Virus record (IMG/VR): IMGVR_UViG_3300037440_000087
Span: 1-44,301 of that record
DNA: 44,301 bases
Direction: 5' to 3' (one strand)
DNA from: a virus
Lineage: Duplodnaviria > Caudoviricetes
Part shown: one piece after another, positions 1-9,300 of the stretch
Position numbering within the stretch: the stretch's first letter is position 1
Layout: each line of letters begins with the position of its first letter
Position numbers and translations under genes: made by a program
Notes under the pieces: generated by a model
What the model was told of the DNA's origin: nothing
What the model saw: the letters and a program-made list of their open reading frames with translations, nothing else
The model's database searches: none

Positions 1-151
1 GTCGTTACTTCCCACTTACACACGGCTTATTCCTCCGACCTGTTCGGTATTACCCAGGTTAAGAAGGTATTTACTACGAACGCTGCTAAAGCCGCCAGGG
101 CGTCATTAACGGACATATCGCCGTCTACACCCACTAGAGCTAGTAAAGCCA
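1..151. repeat. Terminal overlap, copy 1 (circular assembly junction)
   Basis: Identical to 44148-44301 except for a 3-nt insertion in the second copy. Confidence 0.95.
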
Positions 152-236
152 GTCCAGCGGTTACGAAACCAGCTACCAGAGCTTTCCTCATAACGGGGAG
201 GTAGTCTCTGAACTGTCTTAATATTATTGTTGCCAT
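27..236 (-). CDS. Putative holin (2 TM)
   Basis: 69 aa with two hydrophobic segments; last gene of the lysis module; AGGAG RBS; followed across the junction by a terminator. Confidence 0.65.
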   Translation of the reverse strand: MATIILRQFRDYLPVMRKALVAGFVTAGLALLALVGVDGDMSVNDALAALAAFVVNTFLTWVIPNRSEE

Positions 237-245
237 GATTGCTCC

Positions 246-398
246 TTAAAATACTCTAGTGAATATCACTACTAACACAGCGAAAACCGTTGCTACGATT
301 GCTCGCAGGGGGTCGCTGACTGTCAGGCGTCCTAACGCGTGGTCCGCTACCATAAAGGCGAACAGACCTAGTAGGATTATGGTTAATATCTCTGCCAT
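246..398 (-). CDS. Small 2-TM membrane protein (second holin/antiholin candidate), not in the ORF track
   Basis: 50 aa MAEILTIILLGLFAFMVADHALGRLTVSDPLRAIVATVFAVLVVIFTRVF; AAAGGAG RBS; fills the gap between endolysin and holin. Confidence 0.7.
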   Translation of the reverse strand: MAEILTIILLGLFAFMVADHALGRLTVSDPLRAIVATVFAVLVVIFTRVF

Positions 399-411
399 GG
401 GTTACTCCTTT

Positions 412-1059
412 CTACTTAATTACTGCTTCAGAACCTTTGCCAACCCAGATGTTTTTCTTACCGAACATTTGGGTCTTTATCGTGTGAACGTCGGCCCACT
501 TAGTCGTAGCCACAATCTTATACTTCAGGCCGCCGTATTTTTTAGGCGCTAAGAAAGCGTACTCATTGCCGATTACCGGGGTTACACTAGTAGCGTATAT
601 CCGCCATGTGGTAGCTGATTTAGGTAAGTAAATAGTCTTACCGACATTACCTTTTGGTGGTGCCGGTTTCTTTTTGATTAACTGGCCCTTCTTAGCATAG
701 ATTTCCGACAAATGGGCATACGTGCCGTTCCAACCACCGCCTACAGCGATAGTGATATGCTTGCCCCATGCTTGATTAAGGTTGCTGTCTGCCGTTACGA
801 CCTTACCAGGCTTTAAGAAATGTTGTGGTTTACGGTCGTTATAGGGATTGCCTTTCCATTCCTGATAATGCAAATGAGGCCCAGTAGTATACCCTGAATT
901 ACCAGTCAACCCTATCTGAACATCCTCTATAACAACTGGCGTGCCTTTTGGTGTAGGCCGGTCGTCCCCACGATGATATGGATACTGAGTTGTACCGTAA
1001 GGCGCAGATGTCGCCCCATAAGGGAATGTTATTGAATAACTTTTTGCTGTTTTAACCAT
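412..1059 (-). CDS. Endolysin: M23 metallopeptidase (rearranged) plus putative C-terminal cell-wall-binding domain
   Basis: HRGDD (HxxxD), IGLTGNSGYTTGPHLH (HxH) and TYAHL motifs; KKKPAPPK linker; lies beside holin-like genes. Confidence 0.85.
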   Translation of the reverse strand: MVKTAKSYSITFPYGATSAPYGTTQYPYHRGDDRPTPKGTPVVIEDVQIGLTGNSGYTTGPHLHYQEWKGNPYNDRKPQHFLKPGKVVTADSNLNQAWGKHITIAVGGGWNGTYAHLSEIYAKKGQLIKKKPAPPKGNVGKTIYLPKSATTWRIYATSVTPVIGNEYAFLAPKKYGGLKYKIVATTKWADVHTIKTQMFGKKNIWVGKGSEAVIK

Positions 1060-1690
1060 TGTTATCTCCTATATTTAATAATCCTTGCACTAAATTATCC
1101 GCTCCTTGTACAACATCGTCTATGAAGTCCGTAACCGATTTTGTGGCTTGGTCTACAAAACTTGGCTGTTCAGCGTCGCCATTGCTTCCACCGTTATTAG
1201 AACCATTACTAGAGCTGTTACCTTGGTTATTCTGATTTCCGCCTACCTGATTCTGATTACCTCCTGATTGAGTGGTCTCCTCGCTAGTCCCATCCACTAT
1301 GTCATCTTCAAGCTCTTGGACTACTAAATCACACCTTATTTGTTCTTCTTCGGATATTGCGCCGGTTATACCGTGGGCGATTAACAGGCAACGGTTCTGC
1401 TCGGCCATTCGGCTTATTTGTTTCCTGATAAGTGGTAATTCTTTGTCTATAATTATATTAGTATTATCTGAAGCATCCTTGGCATCATTAGCGGAGTTCT
1501 TAGCATCTATAGCGGTCAGATGTACTTGGTCTAAGGTAGGTTGGAGATTGCGCTGTGATTCAACGCCACGGTAGATAAAGAACGCTGTTACTAACAAAAG
1601 GACGATTACGAATGCTCCGAACATTCCCAGCGGAGTGCCTAGAAACCTATTGGCTTTAGTAACCCATAACTCCCACTTTTTAACTTCCAT
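1052..1690 (-). CDS. Single-TM membrane protein of the lysis module
   Basis: N-terminal TM segment, coiled-coil-like middle, N/G/S/Q-rich low-complexity tract. Confidence 0.6.
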   Translation of the reverse strand: MEVKKWELWVTKANRFLGTPLGMFGAFVIVLLLVTAFFIYRGVESQRNLQPTLDQVHLTAIDAKNSANDAKDASDNTNIIIDKELPLIRKQISRMAEQNRCLLIAHGITGAISEEEQIRCDLVVQELEDDIVDGTSEETTQSGGNQNQVGGNQNNQGNSSSNGSNNGGSNGDAEQPSFVDQATKSVTDFIDDVVQGADNLVQGLLNIGDNNG

Positions 1691-2039
1691 CGCTTGCCCT
1701 CAGTAGAATCATGATTATTGCTAAAGCGGTTCCCAGTACGCCCACCAGCTTTATTGACAGACCTATTAGCTGTTTATAAGGTACTGTATCGCCTGACTTG
1801 ATTTCTTTCTTCAACTCAGCGTCTTGTAAACCCTGTTCATAGGCTTGTTTGCGGGTAATGTAATCATTAAGGGTCTGTATCTCAGCCTGCACCCACTCTT
1901 TAAACTTAGAATAATCTGTACGCATTGTCTGCCTAAACTTTTGGGCTGTCTTTTCCACGTCTTCAACCTTCCGTTCGTATTTTTCGTCGATTCGGTCTAG
2001 CTGCTCGGCTATCCTGATTATTCGGTCTTCGGCTGACAT
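1680..2039 (-). CDS. Coiled-coil protein with C-terminal TM (lysis-associated)
   Basis: Charged helical N-terminus, hydrophobic C-terminus; overlaps the next gene. Confidence 0.6.
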   Translation of the reverse strand: MSAEDRIIRIAEQLDRIDEKYERKVEDVEKTAQKFRQTMRTDYSKFKEWVQAEIQTLNDYITRKQAYEQGLQDAELKKEIKSGDTVPYKQLIGLSIKLVGVLGTALAIIMILLRASDGS

Positions 2040-2057
2040 GCATAATTATCCTGTTGT

Positions 2058-3161
2058 TTAGTAAAATTCCCAAACTATTACTACACCGTCTGCACCGTCA
2101 CCACCGGCCTTTGCGCTGGAGTTGGTTCCGTTACCAGCAGCTCCGCCACCACCACCGTAAAGTTTACCGTCCAAGCCTGCGGTAGAGCCTACGGTGCTAC
2201 CTTGACCTAGGACACGCGCTCCAGCGCCCAGACGACTTGAGCCACCGCCGCCCATAACGCCACGGCCGGTGTCGTAGAATGGGAATCCTGCTGAGCCACC
2301 GCCGCCCGCTATATTTATGTCACCACCTACACCATTCCCGCCGTCGGTACCGTTAACGGGCTGTAGGTTGCCTCCCGTAAACCCCCCTGCACCATCACCA
2401 CCGCCGCCACCACCACCAGATGCGGAGCAGTGTGAGCCGAACAGCGAGTCTTCGCCGTTGGAACCGTTGTTATTACCCGCAACACCGCCAGCCCCACCCG
2501 CGCCAACCGTTACACCCTCGGTGGAACCGAGACTTGCTGCCGCTACCTTCTTCATGGCGTATCCGCCGCCACCGCCGCCACCGCCGTAGGCAGACTGACT
2601 GGTACTAGTAGTCGCGACGCCACCACCACCGCCGCCACCACCGACTACTTCGACAATGGCGAATTTGAGCCCAGAGGGTTTAGTCCAAGTATCGTCTGCT
2701 GTATAAACTTGTATGTCCTTTAGCAGGCCATAACCTGCTGCTACTGCTGTGTTTGGTACAACACCAGAACCAAACATATTGGAGTTACTTATAGCTCCGG
2801 CTTTAAAAGTACCGTCCTGGTTATGGGATACCTTCATCCCTTTGGCTATCATAGACCAGTGGGTAGCAGTTTCATAGTCTACCACCGTAGCACCAGCACT
2901 GTGCGCTTGGTCAGTACCAGACGTCCATTTGACACCGGTTACCTGTACGCCACCACTGTCGATAACACCCGTGAAGGCTTGTTTCTTAGTGGAGTCTCCG
3001 GGGTCTACGACTAGGACCACCACATCACCATTAGTATATCCAGCCACAGAGTTCAGGCCAACCGTGGAAGCACCAGAGGCTACGCTACCAGAAGTGGTTG
3101 TAGAAAATCCGTCTTGGGCCGATGGGAAGTGGTTTACTACGTTACTTACATCTGTTGCCAT
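2058..3161 (-). CDS. Glycine-rich tail fibre/spike protein
   Basis: TWTKPSGLKFAIVEVVGGGGGGGG ... GGDGADGVVIVWEF glycine-rich domain typical of phage fibres; follows tail genes. Confidence 0.75.
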   Translation of the reverse strand: MATDVSNVVNHFPSAQDGFSTTTSGSVASGASTVGLNSVAGYTNGDVVVLVVDPGDSTKKQAFTGVIDSGGVQVTGVKWTSGTDQAHSAGATVVDYETATHWSMIAKGMKVSHNQDGTFKAGAISNSNMFGSGVVPNTAVAAGYGLLKDIQVYTADDTWTKPSGLKFAIVEVVGGGGGGGGVATTSTSQSAYGGGGGGGGYAMKKVAAASLGSTEGVTVGAGGAGGVAGNNNGSNGEDSLFGSHCSASGGGGGGGDGAGGFTGGNLQPVNGTDGGNGVGGDINIAGGGGSAGFPFYDTGRGVMGGGGSSRLGAGARVLGQGSTVGSTAGLDGKLYGGGGGAAGNGTNSSAKAGGDGADGVVIVWEFY

Positions 3162-3181
3162 TTTTTGTTTCCTTTTCCTAA

Positions 3182-3190
3182 ACTATATCA
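3182..3190 (-). promoter_or_regulatory. Extended -10 promoter candidate (TGATATAGT)
   Basis: TGnTATAnT in the short gap upstream of the fibre gene RBS; same motif recurs at other late-gene junctions. Confidence 0.55.
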
Positions 3191-3193
3191 CAT

Positions 3194-5662
3194 TTATAGA
3201 CGCCAACTTCGTGGCTTGCCACCTTGGGTAGCCGTACCCCAGGTCTGAAGAGTCCTAAGTAGATATTTAGAGTCACGCTTAGTAGTAGTAATGTTCCATT
3301 GGACAGCATTCAACTCTTTCTGGACTGCCATATACCGTTTAACAGATGACTCGGATACAACTTCTGGTAGCTCAGTCGTGTCGTCGTGAAGAGTGGTATC
3401 GTGCAGGAAGGTATCATGACCGGCATTTATAGACTGGGTGGCTATGTTGGTTAGGTTCTTACTCTTTATAGTACCGAACCCCTTAGCCCGTTCAATACCG
3501 ACTAAGTCGATGGTAATTTCACCCTGGGGGTTGGCAAACTCAGTCTCAGCTTCCTCTGTAAACTGAAATTCAAAGCGGTTGTCGGTTGTTGGCAGCAAAG
3601 CTGTTTTAAGCGTCGTAGCAAAGGCCTCACCGTAATCGCCCGTAAAGTCTTCGCTTATCTCACTTAATCGGCTATCCCCAGGCTTCAGACAGAGCAGATG
3701 TTGCTCGCCATTGGTATCTGTGTACCGCAGGAATTTCTTAAAGCCTAATGTAAAGGCTCTAGGCAGCCAAGCTTTGCGTTCGGTGTCGTAAATAACCGTC
3801 GTATCGTTAGTATCTCCGTTGATTGGTACGGAAAAGTAAACCTTGGCATCGAAGTATTCAGTAGCGATATTAGCCTCTCCCGATTTCTTTATGCGTCTGA
3901 CACTAGGCCGGATGTTGGCGCTGTACTCATCGGTAGATAGCAAGTTCAGGAGCTGTGGTCGTGAGCCTAAGTTGTAGAAGCCTTGTGAGTTATAGAACAT
4001 AAAGTCGTTAAGCACATTGACTACGCTGCCCGGTGATGGCGTTCCACGGGAGCCAGGTAGCTTGTAGGCACTAGGAACCGTGATAGAAATATCTTCTATG
4101 GTCAATACCTCTAGAGTCAGCTGTAGGATACAACCTTGGCCGTCGGCACTCTTACACCAAACCGTAGCGTATGGGTCGCCTTTACCATCACGATAGTCTT
4201 CCACTTTAACCGGCATAAATTTACCGCCCTCTTGCCAGTCTAAATAGCCACCATCGTAGGCTGACGAGAATGCACCGGCAAACTGTCCGGCTCCTGAGAA
4301 CCAGATACGGTAGCGATTGTCGGTGTCCCTGACCCCATACATACGAGAGCCAACATTAGTTAGTTCTTCCACTAACGGGCCTTGCGAGGTGTTGTCAGTC
4401 GGAGCGGCAGTCCCAGGCACAGGCAACGCTGAGCCGTTGTCTTTAAAGGTCTGGCCGGTTAGCACGGTAGAGGCCAAGTAGAAGTAGTCCACGTCATTTT
4501 CGCTGATATAAATATCCATGCGTGTTTGAGTACCTTGGAAAGCAGCCGGTGTAACTACCACGAAGTTGGTCGTGTCATCCCAAGACTCACGAGGAGTCGC
4601 CGTTGTGATGGCAGATGAGGCTGCTGACGCTTCCGAAAACCCAACCGTATTAACAGCGGCTTGCTTGTAGTAGTAAGTGTACCCAGTACCGGTGTTGCCC
4701 GTCTTGGCTACACCCGGAGCAGCCGGTGTGGTTAGAGCCGTGTAAGTGGCTAAAGTAGTCGTGCCATCGTAACGTATGATGTTGTCCACTCCGTTGGTGA
4801 TGTATAGGAAGGACCCATTCTGGTTGAAGTTACAGTCATTACCGGCGGTATAACTACCACCAGTACATTCTGACCAAGTTGTGCCATCATCGGTTGAACG
4901 CCATATCTTACCACCAGCCGCCGCTACCAGATGGATACTGCCGTTATTATCAAAGTAGTCGAAGCCATCAATATCAGCGAAGTCTCCTTCACTTGGTGAT
5001 GGTGAGACTGACGGGCTGACCGAAGCTGATGGGCTAAGCGAATCTGAAGGACTGTTACTGGCACTAGGACTCACACTAGAACTAGGTGAGCGGCTATCCG
5101 ATGGTGATGCCGATATAGAAGCGGACGGGCTAAGCGATAACGAAGCTGAAGCCGAGGGTGACGAAGAAGGGCTGATGCTAGAACTAGGCGACATTGATTG
5201 TGATGCCGAGGGGCTTTCGCTGGCGGATGGTGACTCCGAAGCCGATTCTGAAGCCGAAGGACTAATGCTCGCTGAGGGCGATATGCTGGCTGACACGGAC
5301 TGGGAAGCCGAGGGGCTTAGTGAAGGTGATGCGGAAGATGAAACCGATGAGGATGGACTTATTGATGGACTTACTGAAGCACTTGGCGACCGGCTAGCTG
5401 ATGGAGACATCGACGAGCTTGGTGACGGCGATGCGCTAGGGCTAACAAATTGCCCCGGCGAGGAACCATACCAATCAATACCTGGTCGTGGCCCGGGATT
5501 ACCGTCTTCGTATAAGAATATGTTGTCAGCTACCTCTAGGGCATCTTTAGGTAGCTTAGATTTATCTATAAGAGTAATAACCCCTTTTCTCCAAGAGCTT
5601 AGGGTCAGGAAATTTGGCTCAGGAAAGGACTTTCGCCGACGGTTATTTATAGTCAGGGGCAT
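3194..5662 (-). CDS. Tail nozzle/stabilisation protein (T7 gp12 / P22 gp10-like) with Ser/Pro repeat insertion
   Basis: 822 aa, beta-rich; N-terminal ADNIFLYEDG-PGPRPG pattern seen in podoviral nozzle proteins; directly downstream of an adaptor-like gene. Confidence 0.65.
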   Translation of the reverse strand: MPLTINNRRRKSFPEPNFLTLSSWRKGVITLIDKSKLPKDALEVADNIFLYEDGNPGPRPGIDWYGSSPGQFVSPSASPSPSSSMSPSASRSPSASVSPSISPSSSVSSSASPSLSPSASQSVSASISPSASISPSASESASESPSASESPSASQSMSPSSSISPSSSPSASASLSLSPSASISASPSDSRSPSSSVSPSASNSPSDSLSPSASVSPSVSPSPSEGDFADIDGFDYFDNNGSIHLVAAAGGKIWRSTDDGTTWSECTGGSYTAGNDCNFNQNGSFLYITNGVDNIIRYDGTTTLATYTALTTPAAPGVAKTGNTGTGYTYYYKQAAVNTVGFSEASAASSAITTATPRESWDDTTNFVVVTPAAFQGTQTRMDIYISENDVDYFYLASTVLTGQTFKDNGSALPVPGTAAPTDNTSQGPLVEELTNVGSRMYGVRDTDNRYRIWFSGAGQFAGAFSSAYDGGYLDWQEGGKFMPVKVEDYRDGKGDPYATVWCKSADGQGCILQLTLEVLTIEDISITVPSAYKLPGSRGTPSPGSVVNVLNDFMFYNSQGFYNLGSRPQLLNLLSTDEYSANIRPSVRRIKKSGEANIATEYFDAKVYFSVPINGDTNDTTVIYDTERKAWLPRAFTLGFKKFLRYTDTNGEQHLLCLKPGDSRLSEISEDFTGDYGEAFATTLKTALLPTTDNRFEFQFTEEAETEFANPQGEITIDLVGIERAKGFGTIKSKNLTNIATQSINAGHDTFLHDTTLHDDTTELPEVVSESSVKRYMAVQKELNAVQWNITTTKRDSKYLLRTLQTWGTATQGGKPRSWRL
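4990..5445 (-). repeat. (SPSASx)n coding repeat, ~150 aa
   Basis: Translation shows alternating-Ser hexapeptides; boundaries approximate. Confidence 0.95.
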
Positions 5663-6358
5663 TTAAATACCCCAACCTTCTCCCCAGACTGAGCCGCTGT
5701 GGTCAGGTAACTTGAAAGGGTTAGCCCACGAACCAGAGTCGTTATCCATCTTCATCTTCATAAGGGCATTTTCAGCGTCCCTTAAAGCATCTTCATAGTA
5801 AGGGTTGCGTGAAGCCCTGAAGCGGTTGGCTAACATACGGTGGACTATGAAATAGGCATTACTCATCTCAGTCACATCCGTACCAGTCGTAAACTCTGTC
5901 GGTTGTTTGTAGTATGGATACTCTAAAGTTTTACCATTTAATGCGGCACTCGGAGCCGGATTAAGATGCAGCACAAAGCCGTTAGTGGGGTCTCCCGTGA
6001 AGTAAGCAAAGGTGGCATCATCGCCCTTGAAATGTACCTCATTAGGCTCGATTAGAGGCCACTTTTGGACGGTTTTGCCATTAGAATCTTTGGCTTTTAT
6101 AAAGCCGCCATATTCTGCCATATCACTTGGAGCGTCGTATTCTGTGTCACCAGTCGTAATCGTAGTATCACCGTCATCAGCCGTAGACAAGAAGTTGAAA
6201 AGCTCTTTCCAGTAAGTACCTTCGTAGGTTTTCCAGTGATTAATGGCTTCATTGGCTAGCGGTATGCCGATAACGTATTCGTCGTCACTACTGGCCGGTA
6301 TTTCGGACTCAGCCCTATATAAGGTGTAGTAAGCTCGGAATATTTGGTCATAATCCAT
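5663..6358 (-). CDS. Head-tail adaptor (tail tubular protein A-like)
   Basis: 231 aa; helical N-terminus, LHLNPAPS...LEYPYYKQP pattern; position next to nozzle gene. Confidence 0.6.
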   Translation of the reverse strand: MDYDQIFRAYYTLYRAESEIPASSDDEYVIGIPLANEAINHWKTYEGTYWKELFNFLSTADDGDTTITTGDTEYDAPSDMAEYGGFIKAKDSNGKTVQKWPLIEPNEVHFKGDDATFAYFTGDPTNGFVLHLNPAPSAALNGKTLEYPYYKQPTEFTTGTDVTEMSNAYFIVHRMLANRFRASRNPYYEDALRDAENALMKMKMDNDSGSWANPFKLPDHSGSVWGEGWGI

Positions 6359-6378
6359 GTTTGTTTTCCTTTTCCTTT

Positions 6379-6387
6379 AATATATCA
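6379..6387 (-). promoter_or_regulatory. Extended -10 promoter candidate (TGATATATT)
   Basis: Overlaps the TGA stop of the upstream gene; precedes AAGGAAAAGGAAAA RBS. Confidence 0.5.
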
Positions 6388-9300
6388 CACCTTAGACTTC
6401 TTCAGAGACACCTTCGGAAGACTGGTTTGTTTAGCCACTTTAGCCTTGGAACCTCCCTTTTTAACGGATACTTTCGGCTTTACCGCTTCACCCGCAATAT
6501 TAAGTGGAATGGCGTATTTAAAGGCCGAACCAGCCGACCTAGTTCCACCACCTCCTCCGCCAAAGCCAGATGAGCCAAAGCTACCGCCTTCAAACATAGC
6601 ATCATCGGATATTTTCAGCCCTAATGCCAATCGTTCGGCGTTCGTAAACTGGTTACTTTTAGCCCAATGTTCTAGCACGTCAGGATTCTGGTCTAGAAAT
6701 GCACTTCTAGCTCCCGTACCCTTTGGCAAAGTAAAGTAATGGTCTAGCTTCTTCTGAAGTTCGGCTACTGCCTTGGGCTTTTTAGCCCCGGAGTATGTGC
6801 TAGCCGCACGGTTTTCACCATCATCCTCACCTTTAATTTTATCGAAGAAGTCTGACTCTTCACCCCTAAAGTCGTCGTACCATTTCTCGTCTAAGCCTAG
6901 TGAAGTGAACAGAGGGTTGCCATTTTTATCGTATGCCTGCTTAGCGGCGTTTAAATCTTTACTGGCCCGGTAGCGCAACACTTTCTGTTGCTGCTCCGGT
7001 TTCAGGTCATAAAACGGATTGCCAACTTCGCCACGCTTTCGGGAAAGTTTATCTAACTCTGCCTCCGCTCTTAATACCTCGGGCATGGCTAGTAGCATCT
7101 TGGCTCTAGAAGCCGGTGAGTCGATAGTCTTATCCTTATTCTTGGTATGCAGTAACTCAAAAGCCTTGAAATCTGCTTCGTTTTTAAAGGTGTTAGATAC
7201 CGCTGTAAGGTCATCATAGAATTTCGCTCCCTTACTGTCACCTTTTAACTCTTTGCCAAACTGTCGCAAAAAACTATCTCTAATAGTAGACAGTGGATTG
7301 CCACTCTTATTTTGAAGTACGTCGCCACTAAGCCCGAAGTTGTTAAGTAAGGAGTCAATTTGTTTAGGTGACAGACGTATCCATTTAGACAAACCTTTAG
7401 CTGTTTCACTAGTGTAGTCTTTGTCAATCTGTTCTTCTAGCGGCAAAGTCTGCTCGTGGTCGCTAACTATCTGCTCACCCGTGCGTGGGTCACGGTTAGC
7501 TAATACGAAAAAGTTGGATAGCTGTGGGTTATTCTGTACAAGTTCCTTTGGATTAAGAGTCTTCGGCATGTCACCAGTAAAGTGGCCTAGTATATCTAAG
7601 GGGTTAGGCTGCTCGCCTTCGATACCAGCCGTGGCCCTCCAGGCCATACGGTTTAATGGGCGCATATCAGGGTTAATTGGTATCTTGTAGACGTTTTTCC
7701 ACTTGCCAGTCTTTTCATCTTTGTGAGCATCGGGGCGGACTATGATTATGTTGTTATCCAGCTCATATTCCTTGTCACTAGCTAGCATGTCATTGTAAAA
7801 TTCACGACCAGCCTCGTTATTCATATTGGCGTTTACCAACAAAGCGGCACCACCGACTAAAGCGGCATCAGTAGCTAAAGTTTGAAATGGCCGGTCTTTG
7901 TAAGCTCTAGCAAACGAACGAGCACCCGTCTGGATAGCACCGGAGTATAGTATGAGCGGTTCAGCGGCTCTGGCAGCTTCCGTAACACGGTTAAAGTTAC
8001 CCATCGCTTCGTTATAAGTCTGGGCTGCCTTGTTCATGGCCTGCTCTTCACTGAAGCCTTTTCGTTTGGCTCGTATATAAGTTGCCCTAGCCGTAGCCGA
8101 ACGGAATACACGGTCAGTAGCCGCAAATACCCTATCCAAAGAGTTGACCACTTCTTTCACAGTTAGCCATGGATTGTTGATAGTAAACTCAGCTAAGGAC
8201 TTGGCACTTCGCCGGTTAGTCGCCATAATCTCAGCTCTTACTTTGGGTACCGAGACACCTTGGGTAGCCCTAATCTCGTTTATACCAAAGCGCCGGAGGT
8301 TCTTAGAGCCAAACTTTCCGGCGTTAAACATGCCTAACACGCCGCTAATAATTGGGCGTACCCCTACTGAGCCTATACCGGCGTTGTGTACCATCAATAC
8401 CGGGTTTTTAACTAAGTTAAGAGCGGCGAATACCGGGTTTAAGACACCCGTAAACATAGCTTTAGCGGCCCGTACTGGCACGTTTGTCACGGCAGTCACT
8501 ACGTCCTTAGCCCCCGAAGGTGACAAACCTTGCATCATCTTGGCTACGTTACGTTCAAGCTGCAAGGTAGTTTTTTCTCCGCCAATGTAACCGCTATATT
8601 TATCCAAATTAAGCGCTTTGTCCGGTGCTAACTCTACACGCTCAGCGAATAAGGCCCGTTTTTGCCCGGCAGTCTCATCAATCTTCCCGCTGAGTTTACC
8701 TATCTCATCAGCCAATTTGGCATGGGCAGCAGAGCGTTTAGATAGAGATTCCCGTAAGGCCTTGTATTTACCAGGTTTAGCATCGGCCAGAGTATCAAAT
8801 ACTTGTAACAGCTCTTTGTTAGACAAGCCAGATATAGCCGCCTTAGCATCCACATCGTCAACCATCCCGGTTAATTCCCTCCGAGCCTGTTTAGCCGCAC
8901 TGAACTCTTTTTCTTTTTTAAGTAGACCAGCCACCCGCTTATCGGAAGTTTTTTTGCGTTTCAAGCTTATCAGTTTTTTCTGCTCTTCAACTAGACCTTT
9001 ATGGAGTTCGCCAGCCTGTCGGCGTCGTGCGGCTACTTCAGGTCGGTTTATAACCTTAGCTCCAATCGTACCTTGGTCAGCTCGCTCATACATTTCACGG
9101 TACATCCTAGTCTGTAGATTCTGTTTCTTGTCTCTAGAAAAGGTACTTAAAACAGATTCCCACGAATAATCAAGAGGCTCATCTCCACCCTTTCTAGCTT
9201 GTAGTACCTTCTGCTGGCCGGTTGACCCACGCATGCCACCTACCATCCTGCCTCTTATAAGTTCGTCACTCTCAGCCCTGCCTCCAGGAAAATAAAACTC

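Noticed and set aside
1-151. Biological direct terminal repeat
   Set aside because: It cuts through the holin gene and its terminator, far from the terminase region, so it is more likely an assembly overlap.
2317-2589. Pro-rich plus-strand ORF
   Set aside because: Antisense shadow of the glycine-rich fibre domain.
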